From Sinorhizobium meliloti (GTDB lineage Bacteria; Pseudomonadota; Alphaproteobacteria; Rhizobiales; Rhizobiaceae): 32,000 nt of DNA. The notes beneath the pieces are model-generated. The model was not told the origin of the DNA and searched no databases. It saw nothing but the letters and a program-made list of their open reading frames with translations. Position numbers and translations under genes: made by a program. The stretch's first letter is position 1; each line of letters begins with the position of its first letter. The stretch is from assembly GCF_017876815.1 (NCBI RefSeq), contig NZ_JAGIOS010000002.1:330001-362000 (forward strand). Reading direction: 5' to 3'. This document shows, piece after piece, positions 24,491 to 32,000 of this stretch.

Positions 24491-24593
24491 GCCCTCTTAT
24501 TGCATCGCAGCAAGAGAGCGGCAAATCATTATAATTGAACGGTTCATTGATGGAATCGAACGATGCGCGCTGAGAAAAGCGGGAGCGGGTGTG

Positions 24594-24630
24594 ATACCCC
24601 CCTCTGCCCTGCCGGGCATCTCCCCCTCAA
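24594..24630. repeat. Left half of a REP-like element, family C, interrupted by the IS (CCCCCCCTCTGCCCTGCCGGGCATCTCCCCC-TCAA)
   Basis: Joined to 25804-25822, it rebuilds GCATCTCCCCC-TCAA-GGGGGAGATCGG. This is the same unit as the intact inverted copy at 25898-25945. Confidence 0.8.
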
Positions 24631-25803
24631 GGGCAGGGCTATCGCATATGAGCGATAAGAGAAGTGAGGAATTGGTCATCCCAGCCCGCCTTTTTGATTT
24701 TCCGGCGGATAGAAGCCTTGTCGGGGTGAGATCGCAAGAGGTTGAGAGCGATCTTGCGCAAGAAGGCAATGTTCTGAGGGCCGTTGTCCTTGCGGTTTCT
24801 GGCGGCGTCCTCGCGGAAGTGGACATCCAGAACCCAATGCAGTTTGTTTTCGATTTGCCAATGGGTTCTTACAACCTCGATCAGCGCGCTCGGCGACATG
24901 GTGGTGGAGAGCAGGAAGTAGCGGACATGGCTGGTCAAATGGCCGTTGGTATGACGGCTTGTGGTCTCGACGCAGCCGATGGCCTGCAGGCCCGGAAAGT
25001 TGATATCGTCGACAGCCACAACGCTGGCGCGGCGTGTCTCGGTGCGGTCATGGGCAGTCTCGGCTGCAATCTGGATGCTCTCGACGTGGTCGGCGTCCTC
25101 GATGCGGGCGAGCGCCTGGGCCAAGAGGCCGGGCTGGTTGGCCTTCAGTGCCAGAGCATAATCGCCGCCGGCAGCGAGGATGGCGCGGGCGGTGTCGGGC
25201 CGGCAATGCAGGGCATCGGCGGTGACGATAGAGCCCTCCAGTGCCAGCAGCGCGAGCGCATCGAGAGCCCCTTGCACCTCATTGCGGCCCGGCGCGAGCT
25301 TTTGGCCGATGACCAGACCGGGACCGGCAGCCCAGACATTGACGAAGTGGAGTGGCGTGGCCTTGGCGGCGCGCCGGTAGGCACCGCGCACCGCCTTGCC
25401 ATCGATCGCTACCACCCCTTCGAGACCCTGCGCAAAGCTCGCCGTGAGACGGCGAAAGGACGCATCAAAGGCATCCGGATCGAGATGGCGGAAGACGGTG
25501 GAGAAGGTGTCATGGCTGGGAATGCCATAGGGCAGCGGCACGATTGTCTTCAGCCATTTCTTCTTGGCAACGCCGAAATCGGCCATATCGGTACAGCTTT
25601 CCGCACCGCAGACAATCGCCGCAACGGCAATGAACAGGATCGACGTCAACGGATGGCGCGCATTGCGACCGCGCGGATCGGGCAAATCTTCAAAGCAAGC
25701 GGCAAATCTACTCATCGAGACCTCCAAGTCAGCGGAGAACTCCAAGAATCGATTTGCCGCAACAAAACAACCGCTTATTTGCTAAATGCGATTCCCCTGC
25801 CCT
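24631..25803 (-). mobile_element. ISAs1-family insertion sequence (about 1.17 kb), apparently intact
   Basis: A single transposase ORF is flanked by imperfect terminal inverted repeats: GGGCAGGGCTATCGCAT... (24631-) and the reverse complement of ...ATGCGATTCCCCTGCCC (-25803). These match at 15/17 positions at the tips. The flanking direct repeat is TCAA (4 bp). It can be read as long as CCCTCAAGGG (24624-24633 and 25800-25809), depending on where the IS tips are placed. The ends are therefore uncertain by about 3 bp. Confidence 0.85.
24639..25715 (-). CDS. ISAs1-family transposase (H-repeat-associated-protein type, DDE)
   Basis: FEDLPDPRGRNARHPLTSILFIAVAAIVCGAESCTDMADFG, AIDGKAVRG, IVTADALHC, GGDYALALKANQ, VRYFLLS and HWQIENKLHWVLDVHFRED are collinear with E. 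coli H-rpt/ISAs1 transposases. I prefer the ATG at 25715 (GGAGG 6 nt upstream). The track start at 25745 would add 10 aa. Confidence 0.9.
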   Translation of the reverse strand: MSRFAACFEDLPDPRGRNARHPLTSILFIAVAAIVCGAESCTDMADFGVAKKKWLKTIVPLPYGIPSHDTFSTVFRHLDPDAFDASFRRLTASFAQGLEGVVAIDGKAVRGAYRRAAKATPLHFVNVWAAGPGLVIGQKLAPGRNEVQGALDALALLALEGSIVTADALHCRPDTARAILAAGGDYALALKANQPGLLAQALARIEDADHVESIQIAAETAHDRTETRRASVVAVDDINFPGLQAIGCVETTSRHTNGHLTSHVRYFLLSTTMSPSALIEVVRTHWQIENKLHWVLDVHFREDAARNRKDNGPQNIAFLRKIALNLLRSHPDKASIRRKIKKAGWDDQFLTSLIAHMR

Positions 25804-25840
25804 CAAGGGGGAGATCGGCAAGAGGCGATCTCCCTGCCTC
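25804..25840. repeat. Right half of the interrupted family-C REP element
   Basis: TCAAGGGGGAGATCGGcaagaggCGATCTCcctgcctc. The first part completes the split hairpin. GAGATCG/CGATCTC forms a second small hairpin. Confidence 0.7.
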
Positions 25841-25897
25841 TAAAATAAGCTTAAACTTGTTGCGAGACTGACGTTGACGCAGAGCGCTCCACCATCG

Positions 25898-25945
25898 GAT
25901 CTCCCCCTTGCGGGGGAGATCCCCGGCAGGGCAGAGGGGGGTGAG
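25898..25945. repeat. Intact REP-like element, family C, in inverted orientation relative to the interrupted copy
   Basis: GATCTCCCCC-ttgc-GGGGGAGATC (25898-25921) is followed by CCCGGCAGGGCAGAGGGGGGTGAG. Its reverse complement matches 24594-24630 plus 25804-25822 almost base for base. Confidence 0.8.
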
Positions 25946-25975
25946 ACTTCCGTCGCACACTTCTCCTAAGTCGCC

Positions 25976-26725
25976 CTAACCCGGCAGCGTCACGACCAGC
26001 GGCCCGCTGCGGGTGACGACCACCGTGTGCTCATATTGGACAGTCGGTGCGCGCGGTTCGCTGTAGAGGGTCCAATCGTCGTCGCCGCCTTCGGCCCATT
26101 GCGCCCCCATCGACAGGAAGGGTTCGACCGTGAAAACCATGCCCTCGGTCATCCGCCGCCGCTCGGATGGGTCCGGCCAGGTTGCAATTTCGCTCGGTTC
26201 CTCGTGCAGCGACCGGCCGATGCCGTGGCTCGCCAGATTGGCGACGAGGGAATAGCGGTTCTTGCGCGCGAACTCGCCGATCGAATTGCCGATCGCGGCA
26301 AGCGACTGGCCCGGCTTGACCTGTTTCAGGCCCACCCACATCGCCCGCTTGCCGTCGCGGCAGAGCCGGTCGATCTCGGTCTTGACCGGCGGCACGGGAA
26401 AGGACGCCCCGGTATCGGCGAAGAGCCCGCCTTTTTCGGCGGAAACGTCGATATTGACGAGATCGCCCGGCTGGATCACCCGGCGGCCGGGTATGCCGTG
26501 GGCGATTTCCTCGTTGACGCTGATGCAGGTCGCGCCGGGAAAATCATAGCAAAGCTCGGGTGCCGAACGGGCGCCGGCCTCCGCCAGCACCTTGCGGCCG
26601 ATCGCGTCGAGCTCGGCCGTGGTGATGCCGGGTTCCAGCGCCTCGCCCATCGCCTGGAGCGCATTGGCGCAAATGCGGCCGATTTCCTTCAGCCTTTCGA
26701 GGTCTTCGTCGTTGTTGAGGGTCAT
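25976..26725 (-). CDS. map: Type I methionyl aminopeptidase
   Basis: From the ATG at 26725: MTLNNDEDLERLKEIGRI... Canonical metal-ligand context is present (VNIDVSAEKGGLFADTG, HGIGRSLHEEP, FTVEPF, YEHTVVVT). The 15-aa upstream extension in the track is not MAP-like. Confidence 0.9.
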   Translation of the reverse strand: MTLNNDEDLERLKEIGRICANALQAMGEALEPGITTAELDAIGRKVLAEAGARSAPELCYDFPGATCISVNEEIAHGIPGRRVIQPGDLVNIDVSAEKGGLFADTGASFPVPPVKTEIDRLCRDGKRAMWVGLKQVKPGQSLAAIGNSIGEFARKNRYSLVANLASHGIGRSLHEEPSEIATWPDPSERRRMTEGMVFTVEPFLSMGAQWAEGGDDDWTLYSEPRAPTVQYEHTVVVTRSGPLVVTLPG

Positions 26726-26797
26726 GGATGTCTCGCTTTCGCGGCCACATTTAGCGCTACGACGCCGCATATGCCAGTGGAGACGGAGGCGGCCGGC

Positions 26798-27841
26798 TTA
26801 AGAAGCGCGCTCCTCCGCCAGCATCTCGCGTACCAGAGGCGCGACCTTGGTGCCGTAAAGTTCGATGCCGTGCAGGATCCGGTCATGCGGCATCGGACCG
26901 ATCGCCATCTGCAGCAGGAAGCGGTCGTTTCCGAAGAGCTTCCGATGCGCAACGATCTTCCTGGCAACCGTTTCCGGATCGCCAAGGAAGAGATTGCCCG
27001 TCGGGCTGATCGCCTGATCGAAGTGGGCGCGGTTGGTCGGCCCCCAGCCGCGTTCGCGTCCGATGCGGTTCATCACCTCGGCTTGCGGCCCATAGAATTG
27101 GTCTGCAGCTTCTTGCGTAGTATCGGCGATGAAGCCGTGGACGTTGATGCTCGTCTTCAGCTTCGACGGATCCTGCCCCGAGCGGCGCGCAGCTTCGCGG
27201 TAGAGCTGGAAGAGCGGCGCAAAGCGTGCCGGCTCGCCGCCGATGATAGCCAGCGCCATCGGCACACCGAGCGCACCGGCACGCGCAACCGACTGCGGCG
27301 TGCCGCCGAGCGTGATCCAGAGCGGCAGCGGGTCCTGCAGCGGGCGCGGATAAACGCCGCGATCGTTGATCGGAGATCTCAGCGCACCCGACCAGGTGAC
27401 CCTTTCACTATCGCGCAGCGCCAAAAGCAGACCGAGCTTTTCGGAGAAAAGCTGGTCGTAATCGTCCAGCGACTGGCCGAAGAGCGGGAATGATTCGATG
27501 AAGGAGCCACGTCCCGCCATGATCTCGGCGCGTCCGTTCGACAGGAGGTCGAGGGTAGCGAATTGCTGGAAGACGCGGACGGGATCGTCGGAGCTCAACA
27601 CCGTCACCGCGCTCGTCAGCCGGATGCGGCTGGTGCGCGCGGCAGCCGCCGCGAGGATCACCGCCGGTGCCGACGCCGCATAGTCCGGCCGGTGATGCTC
27701 GCCGAGGCCGAAAACGTCGAGGCCCACCTGATCGGCAAGCTCGATCTCCTCCAGGAGATCGGCGAGACGCCGGCGCCCCTCGGCTCCCTTGTCGGCTGCA
27801 TTCGGATCGACGTCGGCGAATGTATAGAGTCCGAGTTCCAT
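26798..27841 (-). CDS. LLM-class (luciferase-like) flavin-dependent oxidoreductase
   Basis: 347 aa. [11 protein letters not shown]...[75 protein letters not shown] is the typical LLM N-terminal TIM-barrel signature. Confidence 0.85.
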   Translation of the reverse strand: MELGLYTFADVDPNAADKGAEGRRRLADLLEEIELADQVGLDVFGLGEHHRPDYAASAPAVILAAAAARTSRIRLTSAVTVLSSDDPVRVFQQFATLDLLSNGRAEIMAGRGSFIESFPLFGQSLDDYDQLFSEKLGLLLALRDSERVTWSGALRSPINDRGVYPRPLQDPLPLWITLGGTPQSVARAGALGVPMALAIIGGEPARFAPLFQLYREAARRSGQDPSKLKTSINVHGFIADTTQEAADQFYGPQAEVMNRIGRERGWGPTNRAHFDQAISPTGNLFLGDPETVARKIVAHRKLFGNDRFLLQMAIGPMPHDRILHGIELYGTKVAPLVREMLAEERAS

Positions 27842-27949
27842 GGCTGGCTTCCTGCGAGATCTAACGTTGCGCTAGAGATAATCGGCGCAGGATCAGGCCG
27901 CAAATGCGCCTTTGGGAAACGCACTGTTTCCAGCCGACGTCCATCGGAG

Positions 27950-28396
27950 TCAGGCGCTCTTCGGCTTCCCTCGCGAACGAGTGCTTGTGCGTGCTGACGT
28001 ATTCAGCGCCACCGCGGCACGAATGAGCGCGATGAACGCCTCTTCGTCGATCTCCTCGCCCTCATGAAAATCGATGGCACGCCGCGTATTGCCTTCCAGG
28101 CTGGAGTTGAAAAGGCCTGAAGGGTCTTCAAGCGAGGCGCCTTTGGCGAAGGTCGTCTTCACGGCCGCCTTATAGACTTCGCCGGTGCAGATTATCCCAG
28201 CGTGTTCCCACACGGGGACCCCTCTCCACTTCACTTCCTCGATCACTTCCGGGTCGGCCTGCCGGATGAGTTTCCGGATCCGGGCGAGCGTCTCGCCGCG
28301 CCAATCGTCAAGCGCATCGATTTTCGCATCGATCAGTTTGGAGGGAGACGCTCCTTCTCCGTTCGAACCGCTCGTCCTGTTGTCCATGGCCGTCAC
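27950..28396 (-). CDS. DUF1801 (YdhG-like) domain protein
   Basis: 148 aa. WRGETLARIRKLIRQADPEVIEEVKWRGVPVWEH...AAVKTTFAKGASL is typical of DUF1801. The track start at 28396 is GTG. An in-frame ATG at 28387 is an equally good start. Confidence 0.72.
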   Translation of the reverse strand: MTAMDNRTSGSNGEGASPSKLIDAKIDALDDWRGETLARIRKLIRQADPEVIEEVKWRGVPVWEHAGIICTGEVYKAAVKTTFAKGASLEDPSGLFNSSLEGNTRRAIDFHEGEEIDEEAFIALIRAAVALNTSARTSTRSRGKPKSA

Positions 28397-28417
28397 TTTC
28401 CTGATGGTTGTTGTCGC

Positions 28418-28885
28418 TCACATACGTTCGCCGGGCAATCGGCTGGCCTGCCTTACCCAGGCGGAGAATTGAGCTTCGTCGAGCTGGCCCTCGTAAATGT
28501 CGAGGTAACGTACTTCCGGATATTTGGACTTGCCGGCCGGGACAGGATCGAGTGCAGCGCCGCGGAAGAACGTCACCTTGATGTACTTGGTGAAGCAATG
28601 AAAGCTGAGGAACCAGGCATCGTCTTCGACGCCGTAGAAAGGCGAGTTCCACTTGACCGCCTTGTGCACGCCGGGAACGGCCTCCACAATCAGAGCATCT
28701 AGGCGGCGCCCGACATCGCTCTTCCAGCCCGGCATGGCCGTGATGTAGGCCTGCACGGGGCCATCGCCATAGCCCTTCGCGATCTGCGGGTTGCCGCCCG
28801 AGAGCAGGGTCGGCTGTCCCGAGGCCGGCTTGGCGGCGGCCTTCTTTGCAACATTCTCGCTCTTCACCGGGGTCTTGCTGGCCAT
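28418..28885 (-). CDS. DUF1801 domain protein (second, divergent copy)
   Basis: 155 aa. PVQAYITAMPGWKSDVGRRLDALIVEAVPGVHKAVKWNSPFYG...IKVTFFRGAAL. GAGGTG lies 5 nt upstream of the ATG. Confidence 0.72.
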   Translation of the reverse strand: MASKTPVKSENVAKKAAAKPASGQPTLLSGGNPQIAKGYGDGPVQAYITAMPGWKSDVGRRLDALIVEAVPGVHKAVKWNSPFYGVEDDAWFLSFHCFTKYIKVTFFRGAALDPVPAGKSKYPEVRYLDIYEGQLDEAQFSAWVRQASRLPGERM

Positions 28886-28894
28886 CTCTTCACC

Positions 28895-29137
28895 TCATTG
28901 CGCCGCAGGCCTGCCGCTGCGCCACCTCGCGGCATAGGGTAGCACGAACATATAGATGCCGGTGAAAAGCAGCAGGAAGAGCGGGAGCAGCGGGGAATAG
29001 ACCACCCATGCAGGAGGTTCTTCCAATCCCATGGCGGCGAAATTGGCGATGACGGTTACCGTGAAGACTACGGATAACCACCGGTGGATCTGACGTATCC
29101 AGGCGTTCCAATCCATTGAATGATCTCCCATTGACAT
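28895..29137 (-). CDS. Small two-TM membrane protein, unknown function
   Basis: 80 aa with two clear hydrophobic helices (WLSVVFTVTVIANFAAMGL and VVYSPLLPLFLLLFTGIYMFVL). Tightly packed in the arsR operon: 37 bp after the SRPBCC gene and 9 bp before the DUF1801 gene. An alternative start at Met8 is possible. Confidence 0.55.
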   Translation of the reverse strand: MSMGDHSMDWNAWIRQIHRWLSVVFTVTVIANFAAMGLEEPPAWVVYSPLLPLFLLLFTGIYMFVLPYAARWRSGRPAAQ

Positions 29138-29174
29138 GAAGCGAGCCAGCCCCGACCGGCCCGGCAGGCGGGTT

Positions 29175-29594
29175 TCAGCTCAAACCCGCGAGAACGCGCT
29201 CCAGATTTTCGAAGAACTGCTGCCATCCGGCCTTGGCGCCGCCATAGGCCTGCCGCTGATCCGGTCGGAATCCGACCTGCTCCATGCGCAACTGGGTTCC
29301 CGTGCTTGTCGGGACGAGGGTGAAGGTCACCACGCTCTTCAAGTCGTAGGCCGGATCCTCATGGGCGAAATTCCAGGCGTAGCTCAGTCTTTTGTTCGGC
29401 TCGACGACGAGGACCTCGCAGTCCAACACCCCACCCCACTCACCGCGCAGGTTGAAACGGTGCCCGACGACAGGACTGAAGTCGTTCTTCATCAGCCACT
29501 CCTCCATCAGGTGTGGTTGGGTGAGCGCGCGCCAGATCTTCTCCGGCGGATGAGCGATCTCCCGCTCGACGACGACGGAACGTGTTTCGTTCAT
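29175..29594 (-). CDS. SRPBCC-superfamily protein (AHSA1/Aha1-like START fold)
   Basis: 139 aa. VVVEREIAHPPEKIWRALTQPHLMEEWLM.NDF.PVVGHRF and RLSYAW...VTFTL.P...GT.L..EQ.GF are typical of bacterial AHSA1-type SRPBCC proteins. The ATG overlaps the arsR stop (ATGA). Confidence 0.8.
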   Translation of the reverse strand: MNETRSVVVEREIAHPPEKIWRALTQPHLMEEWLMKNDFSPVVGHRFNLRGEWGGVLDCEVLVVEPNKRLSYAWNFAHEDPAYDLKSVVTFTLVPTSTGTQLRMEQVGFRPDQRQAYGGAKAGWQQFFENLERVLAGLS

Positions 29595-29923
29595 TGGTCC
29601 ATCCTTTTCAGTAGATCTTCGAGATCGTCGAAGCGGCTCTGCCAGAACCCGGCCATCTCACGCGTCCAGTCGACCAGCGGCGCGAGCGCACCGAGTTGCG
29701 CGCTATAATACGTGTGGCGGCCTTCGTGGCGGTCGCGCACCAATCCAGCCTGCTTCAGGACGCCGAGATGCTTGGAGACGACCGGCTGTGAGACACCGGC
29801 GCGAGCCGTCAGAGCCCCGACCGTCCTCTCCCCTTCGCGGCACAGCCGCTCGAAGAGAGCCCGCCGAGTCGGATCGGCAAGCGTTCTGAAGAGCATGTCG
29901 TGCGCGTCGGACATTTGGGACAT
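29591..29923 (-). CDS. ArsR/SmtB-family transcriptional regulator
   Basis: 110 aa. FRTLADPTRRALFERLCREGERTVGALTARAGVSQPVVSKHLGVLKQAGLVRDRHEGRHTYY is the ArsR winged-HTH signature. Confidence 0.9.
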   Translation of the reverse strand: MSQMSDAHDMLFRTLADPTRRALFERLCREGERTVGALTARAGVSQPVVSKHLGVLKQAGLVRDRHEGRHTYYSAQLGALAPLVDWTREMAGFWQSRFDDLEDLLKRMDQ

Positions 29924-30086
29924 ATACCCGGTTGACTATGGGTTGATGTATAGCCAATCAGCTATGAATGAGTCAAGGGGGAACTCGAGCGACGTGACGG
30001 CGCACAAAGGTCGCGGACGGCAGCACGCGCAGAGCGCGGGCTCCATATATTTCCATGGATATGGGTCAGGGCGTGTGTTTTCTTCC

Positions 30087-30115
30087 CTCACTCCTGCGCT
30101 TGTCACAGGAATGAG
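30087..30115. repeat. REP-like hairpin, family B, third copy (CTCACTCCTGCG-cttgt-CACAGGAATGAG)
   Basis: Arms match at 10/12 positions. It shares CACAGGNATGAG with the copies at 16800-16811 and 16875-16886. It lies just downstream of the glpK stop. Confidence 0.65.
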
Positions 30116-30171
30116 GATCGTTGGGAAGGCTTCTGCCGCAGCGCTGAAGCGCAACGTGGAAGGTTCAACAC

Positions 30172-31665
30172 TCAGGCAGCAATCAACGTCCGCTTGACTG
30201 CGCTGCGCCAGCCCTTGAGCTTCACCTTGCGCGTGGCCTCGTCCATATGCGGCTCGAAGCGGCGGTCGCGGGCCCAGGACTTGGCGAACGCCTCCTGGTT
30301 TGGCCAGACGCCGGCGCGGCTGCCTGCAAGCCACGCGACGCCGAGCGCGGTGGTTTCGAGAATGACCGGTCGGTCGACCGGAGCGTCGAGCAGGTCCGAC
30401 AGGCGCTGCATCGTCCAGTCGGAGGCGACCATGCCGCCATCGACGCGCAGGACCGTATCATTGCCGTTACGGCGCCAATCCTTGTGCATGGCCTCCAGCA
30501 GGTCGCGGGTCTGGTAGCAGACGGCCTCGAGTGCCGCCCGTGCGAACTCTGCCGGGCCGGTATTGCGCGTCATGCCGAAGATCGCGCCCCGCGCATCCGG
30601 ATCCCAATGGGGCGCTCCGAGGCCGGTGAAGGCCGGCACCAGATAGACCTCCTGCGAGGGATCGGCGCTCTCGGCAAGCGAGCCCGTATCGGGCGCCGCC
30701 TTGATCACCTTGAGCCCGTCGCGCAGCCATTGCACGGCAGCACCGGCTACGAAGATCGAGCCTTCGAGCGCATAGGTCGTTTCACCGTCGAGGCGGTAGG
30801 CGATGGTGGTCAGAAGGCGGTTCTTCGAGCGGACCATGTCCTTGCCGGTGTTGAGCAAAGCGAAGCAGCCCGTACCGTAGGTCGATTTCAGCATGCCCGG
30901 CTTGAAACAGGCCTGACCGATCGTTGCCGCCTGCTGGTCGCCGGCAACGCCGAGGATCGGGATCGCCGCGCCGAAGAGAGACGGATCCGTGACGCCGAAG
31001 TCGGCCGCGCAGTCCTTCACTTCCGGCAGCATCTCCTTCGGCACGCGCAGGATCTCGGTGAGCTCGTCGTCCCAGGCATTCTCGGCGATATTGTATAGGA
31101 GGGTACGCGAGGCATTCGTCGCGTCGGTGCAGAAGCACTTGCCGCCCGTCAGCCGCCAGATTAGGAAGGTGTCGATGGTGCCGAAGCAGAGTTCCCCTTT
31201 GGCTGCGCGCGCCTGCGCGCCCTTCACATTGGAAAGCAGCCATGTGAGCTTCGTTCCCGAAAAATAGGGATCGAGCAGCAGACCGGTCTTCTTCACGAAG
31301 GTCTTTTCCAGTCCCTTCTTCTTGAGCTTGTCGCAGAAGGCGGCAGTGCGGCGGTCCTGCCAGACGATGGCATTGTGGATCGGCTTGCCGGTCTCGCGAT
31401 CCCAGACGACAACCGTCTCCCGCTGGTTGGTGATGCCGATCGCGGCAATATCGTTCGCGGTGATGCCGGACTTCTCGATCGCTTCCTTGACCGTGCTGAC
31501 GACCGTCTGCCAGATCTCCTCCGGATCGTGCTCCACCCAGCCTGACTTCGGAAAGTGCTGCTTGAACTCTTTCTGCCCGACGCCCGCGATTTTCTGGTTG
31601 CCGTCGAAAACGATCGCGCGCGTGGACGTCGTGCCCTGATCGATCGCGAGAATATATCCGCCCAT
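30172..31665 (-). CDS. glpK: Glycerol kinase
   Basis: From the ATG at 31665: [73 protein letters not shown] and DGGMV are all canonical GlpK/FGGY motifs. GAGGAG lies about 7 nt upstream. The 35-aa extension in the track is not kinase-like. Confidence 0.95.
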   Translation of the reverse strand: MGGYILAIDQGTTSTRAIVFDGNQKIAGVGQKEFKQHFPKSGWVEHDPEEIWQTVVSTVKEAIEKSGITANDIAAIGITNQRETVVVWDRETGKPIHNAIVWQDRRTAAFCDKLKKKGLEKTFVKKTGLLLDPYFSGTKLTWLLSNVKGAQARAAKGELCFGTIDTFLIWRLTGGKCFCTDATNASRTLLYNIAENAWDDELTEILRVPKEMLPEVKDCAADFGVTDPSLFGAAIPILGVAGDQQAATIGQACFKPGMLKSTYGTGCFALLNTGKDMVRSKNRLLTTIAYRLDGETTYALEGSIFVAGAAVQWLRDGLKVIKAAPDTGSLAESADPSQEVYLVPAFTGLGAPHWDPDARGAIFGMTRNTGPAEFARAALEAVCYQTRDLLEAMHKDWRRNGNDTVLRVDGGMVASDWTMQRLSDLLDAPVDRPVILETTALGVAWLAGSRAGVWPNQEAFAKSWARDRRFEPHMDEATRKVKLKGWRSAVKRTLIAA

Positions 31666-31964
31666 ATGCCCCTCCTCGGCACGCGATTGAAAGGACCGAC
31701 CGGAATGCGAGCGGAAGCCCGCATACGCTTTCCTCACTCCGCCCCTCTCGCCCTTCCTCGAGGGCGACATTCGAACGACTTCAATACGATAGAAAAACGA
31801 ATGTCAAACGAAAACAAAACGCAACTTTTGCCAAGTGCTCCCGCGGACACGGACTCTGCTTTGCCGGGCGGAAAAACACAATTGTCACTGGCGCGCATTT
31901 GCGCGTAGGCTGACGCTGTTGCGTCGCAAAAGACCTGTGCGGCATCAGGACGGAGAGAGCGGGA

Positions 31965-32000
31965 ATGACCAAGACTGCGGTGATAACGGGTTCCACAAGC
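31965..32000 (+). CDS. Start of a short-chain dehydrogenase/reductase (only the N-terminal 12 codons are in the window); the N-terminus resembles 3-hydroxybutyrate dehydrogenases
   Basis: My own translation: ATG at 31965 gives MTKTAVITGSTS, the beginning of the SDR TGxxxGIG cofactor motif. GGAGAG lies upstream. Only 36 nt are available, so this is weakly supported. Confidence 0.4.
   Translation, partial: MTKTAVITGSTS

Noticed and set aside
24548-24562. tRNA T-loop-like string GGAATCGAACG (reverse complement CGTTCGATTCC), together with a general search for the tRNA-Arg expected near engA.
   Set aside because: The flanking bases cannot form a T-stem or acceptor stem. No other intergenic region (13384-13516, 16697-16964, 17421-17742, 19966-20050) shows a cloverleaf-compatible sequence.
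1-32000. Known defence, toxin-antitoxin, secretion or biosynthetic gene-cluster signatures.
   Set aside because: None of the translated ORFs shows nuclease, ATPase, TIR, Sir2, reverse-transcriptase, toxin-fold or PKS/NRPS hallmarks. Apart from the IS, the window is metabolic and housekeeping in character.

Overview
High-GC (roughly 60-65% by eye) alphaproteobacterial DNA. The gene content and protein sequences look Sinorhizobium/Ensifer-like: a 420-aa BacA/SbmA, der/engA, nirBD-nasA and glpK. I support 30 protein-coding genes, two of them cut by the window edges. There is also one ISAs1-family insertion sequence and at least three families of REP/RIME-like palindromic intergenic repeats. I found no rRNA, tRNA or CRISPR array.

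Gene order:
- TRAP transporter (dctQ' and dctP, minus strand).
- A 736-bp regulatory region with a near-consensus sigma-54 promoter, followed by nirB-nirD-nasA and a C-terminally truncated cysG-like gene.
- NUDIX hydrolase.
- nfeD and an SPFH/stomatin gene, translationally coupled.
- Two tandem YdhS-like FAD/NAD(P)-binding paralogues.
- A divergent SfnB-type flavoenzyme, convergent with an Rrf2 regulator.
- A YfgM-like TPR gene, then a repeat, then der.
- nnrU, a secreted polysaccharide deacetylase, bacA, and a YbfB/YjiJ-type MFS transporter.
- ISAs1 inserted into a REP hairpin.
- map and an LLM flavin oxidoreductase.
- A five-gene operon: arsR, SRPBCC, a small membrane protein and two DUF1801 genes.
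- glpK, and the first 12 codons of an SDR gene.

Nothing here resembles a known phage-defence, toxin-antitoxin or secondary-metabolite system. The best candidates for undescribed biology are:
- the tandem YdhS-like flavoprotein pair with the orphan SfnB-like enzyme and the 4-Cys Rrf2 regulator;
- the arsR-SRPBCC-membrane-DUF1801x2 operon;
- the nirB control region (sigma-54 promoter, phased 15-bp direct repeats, structured leader with a U7 tract);
- the precise insertion of an ISAs1 element into the loop of a REP-type hairpin;
- a cluster-encoded CysG that has lost about 100 aa of its methyltransferase domain.

All homology calls are from my own recognition of the translated sequences. No searches were run.
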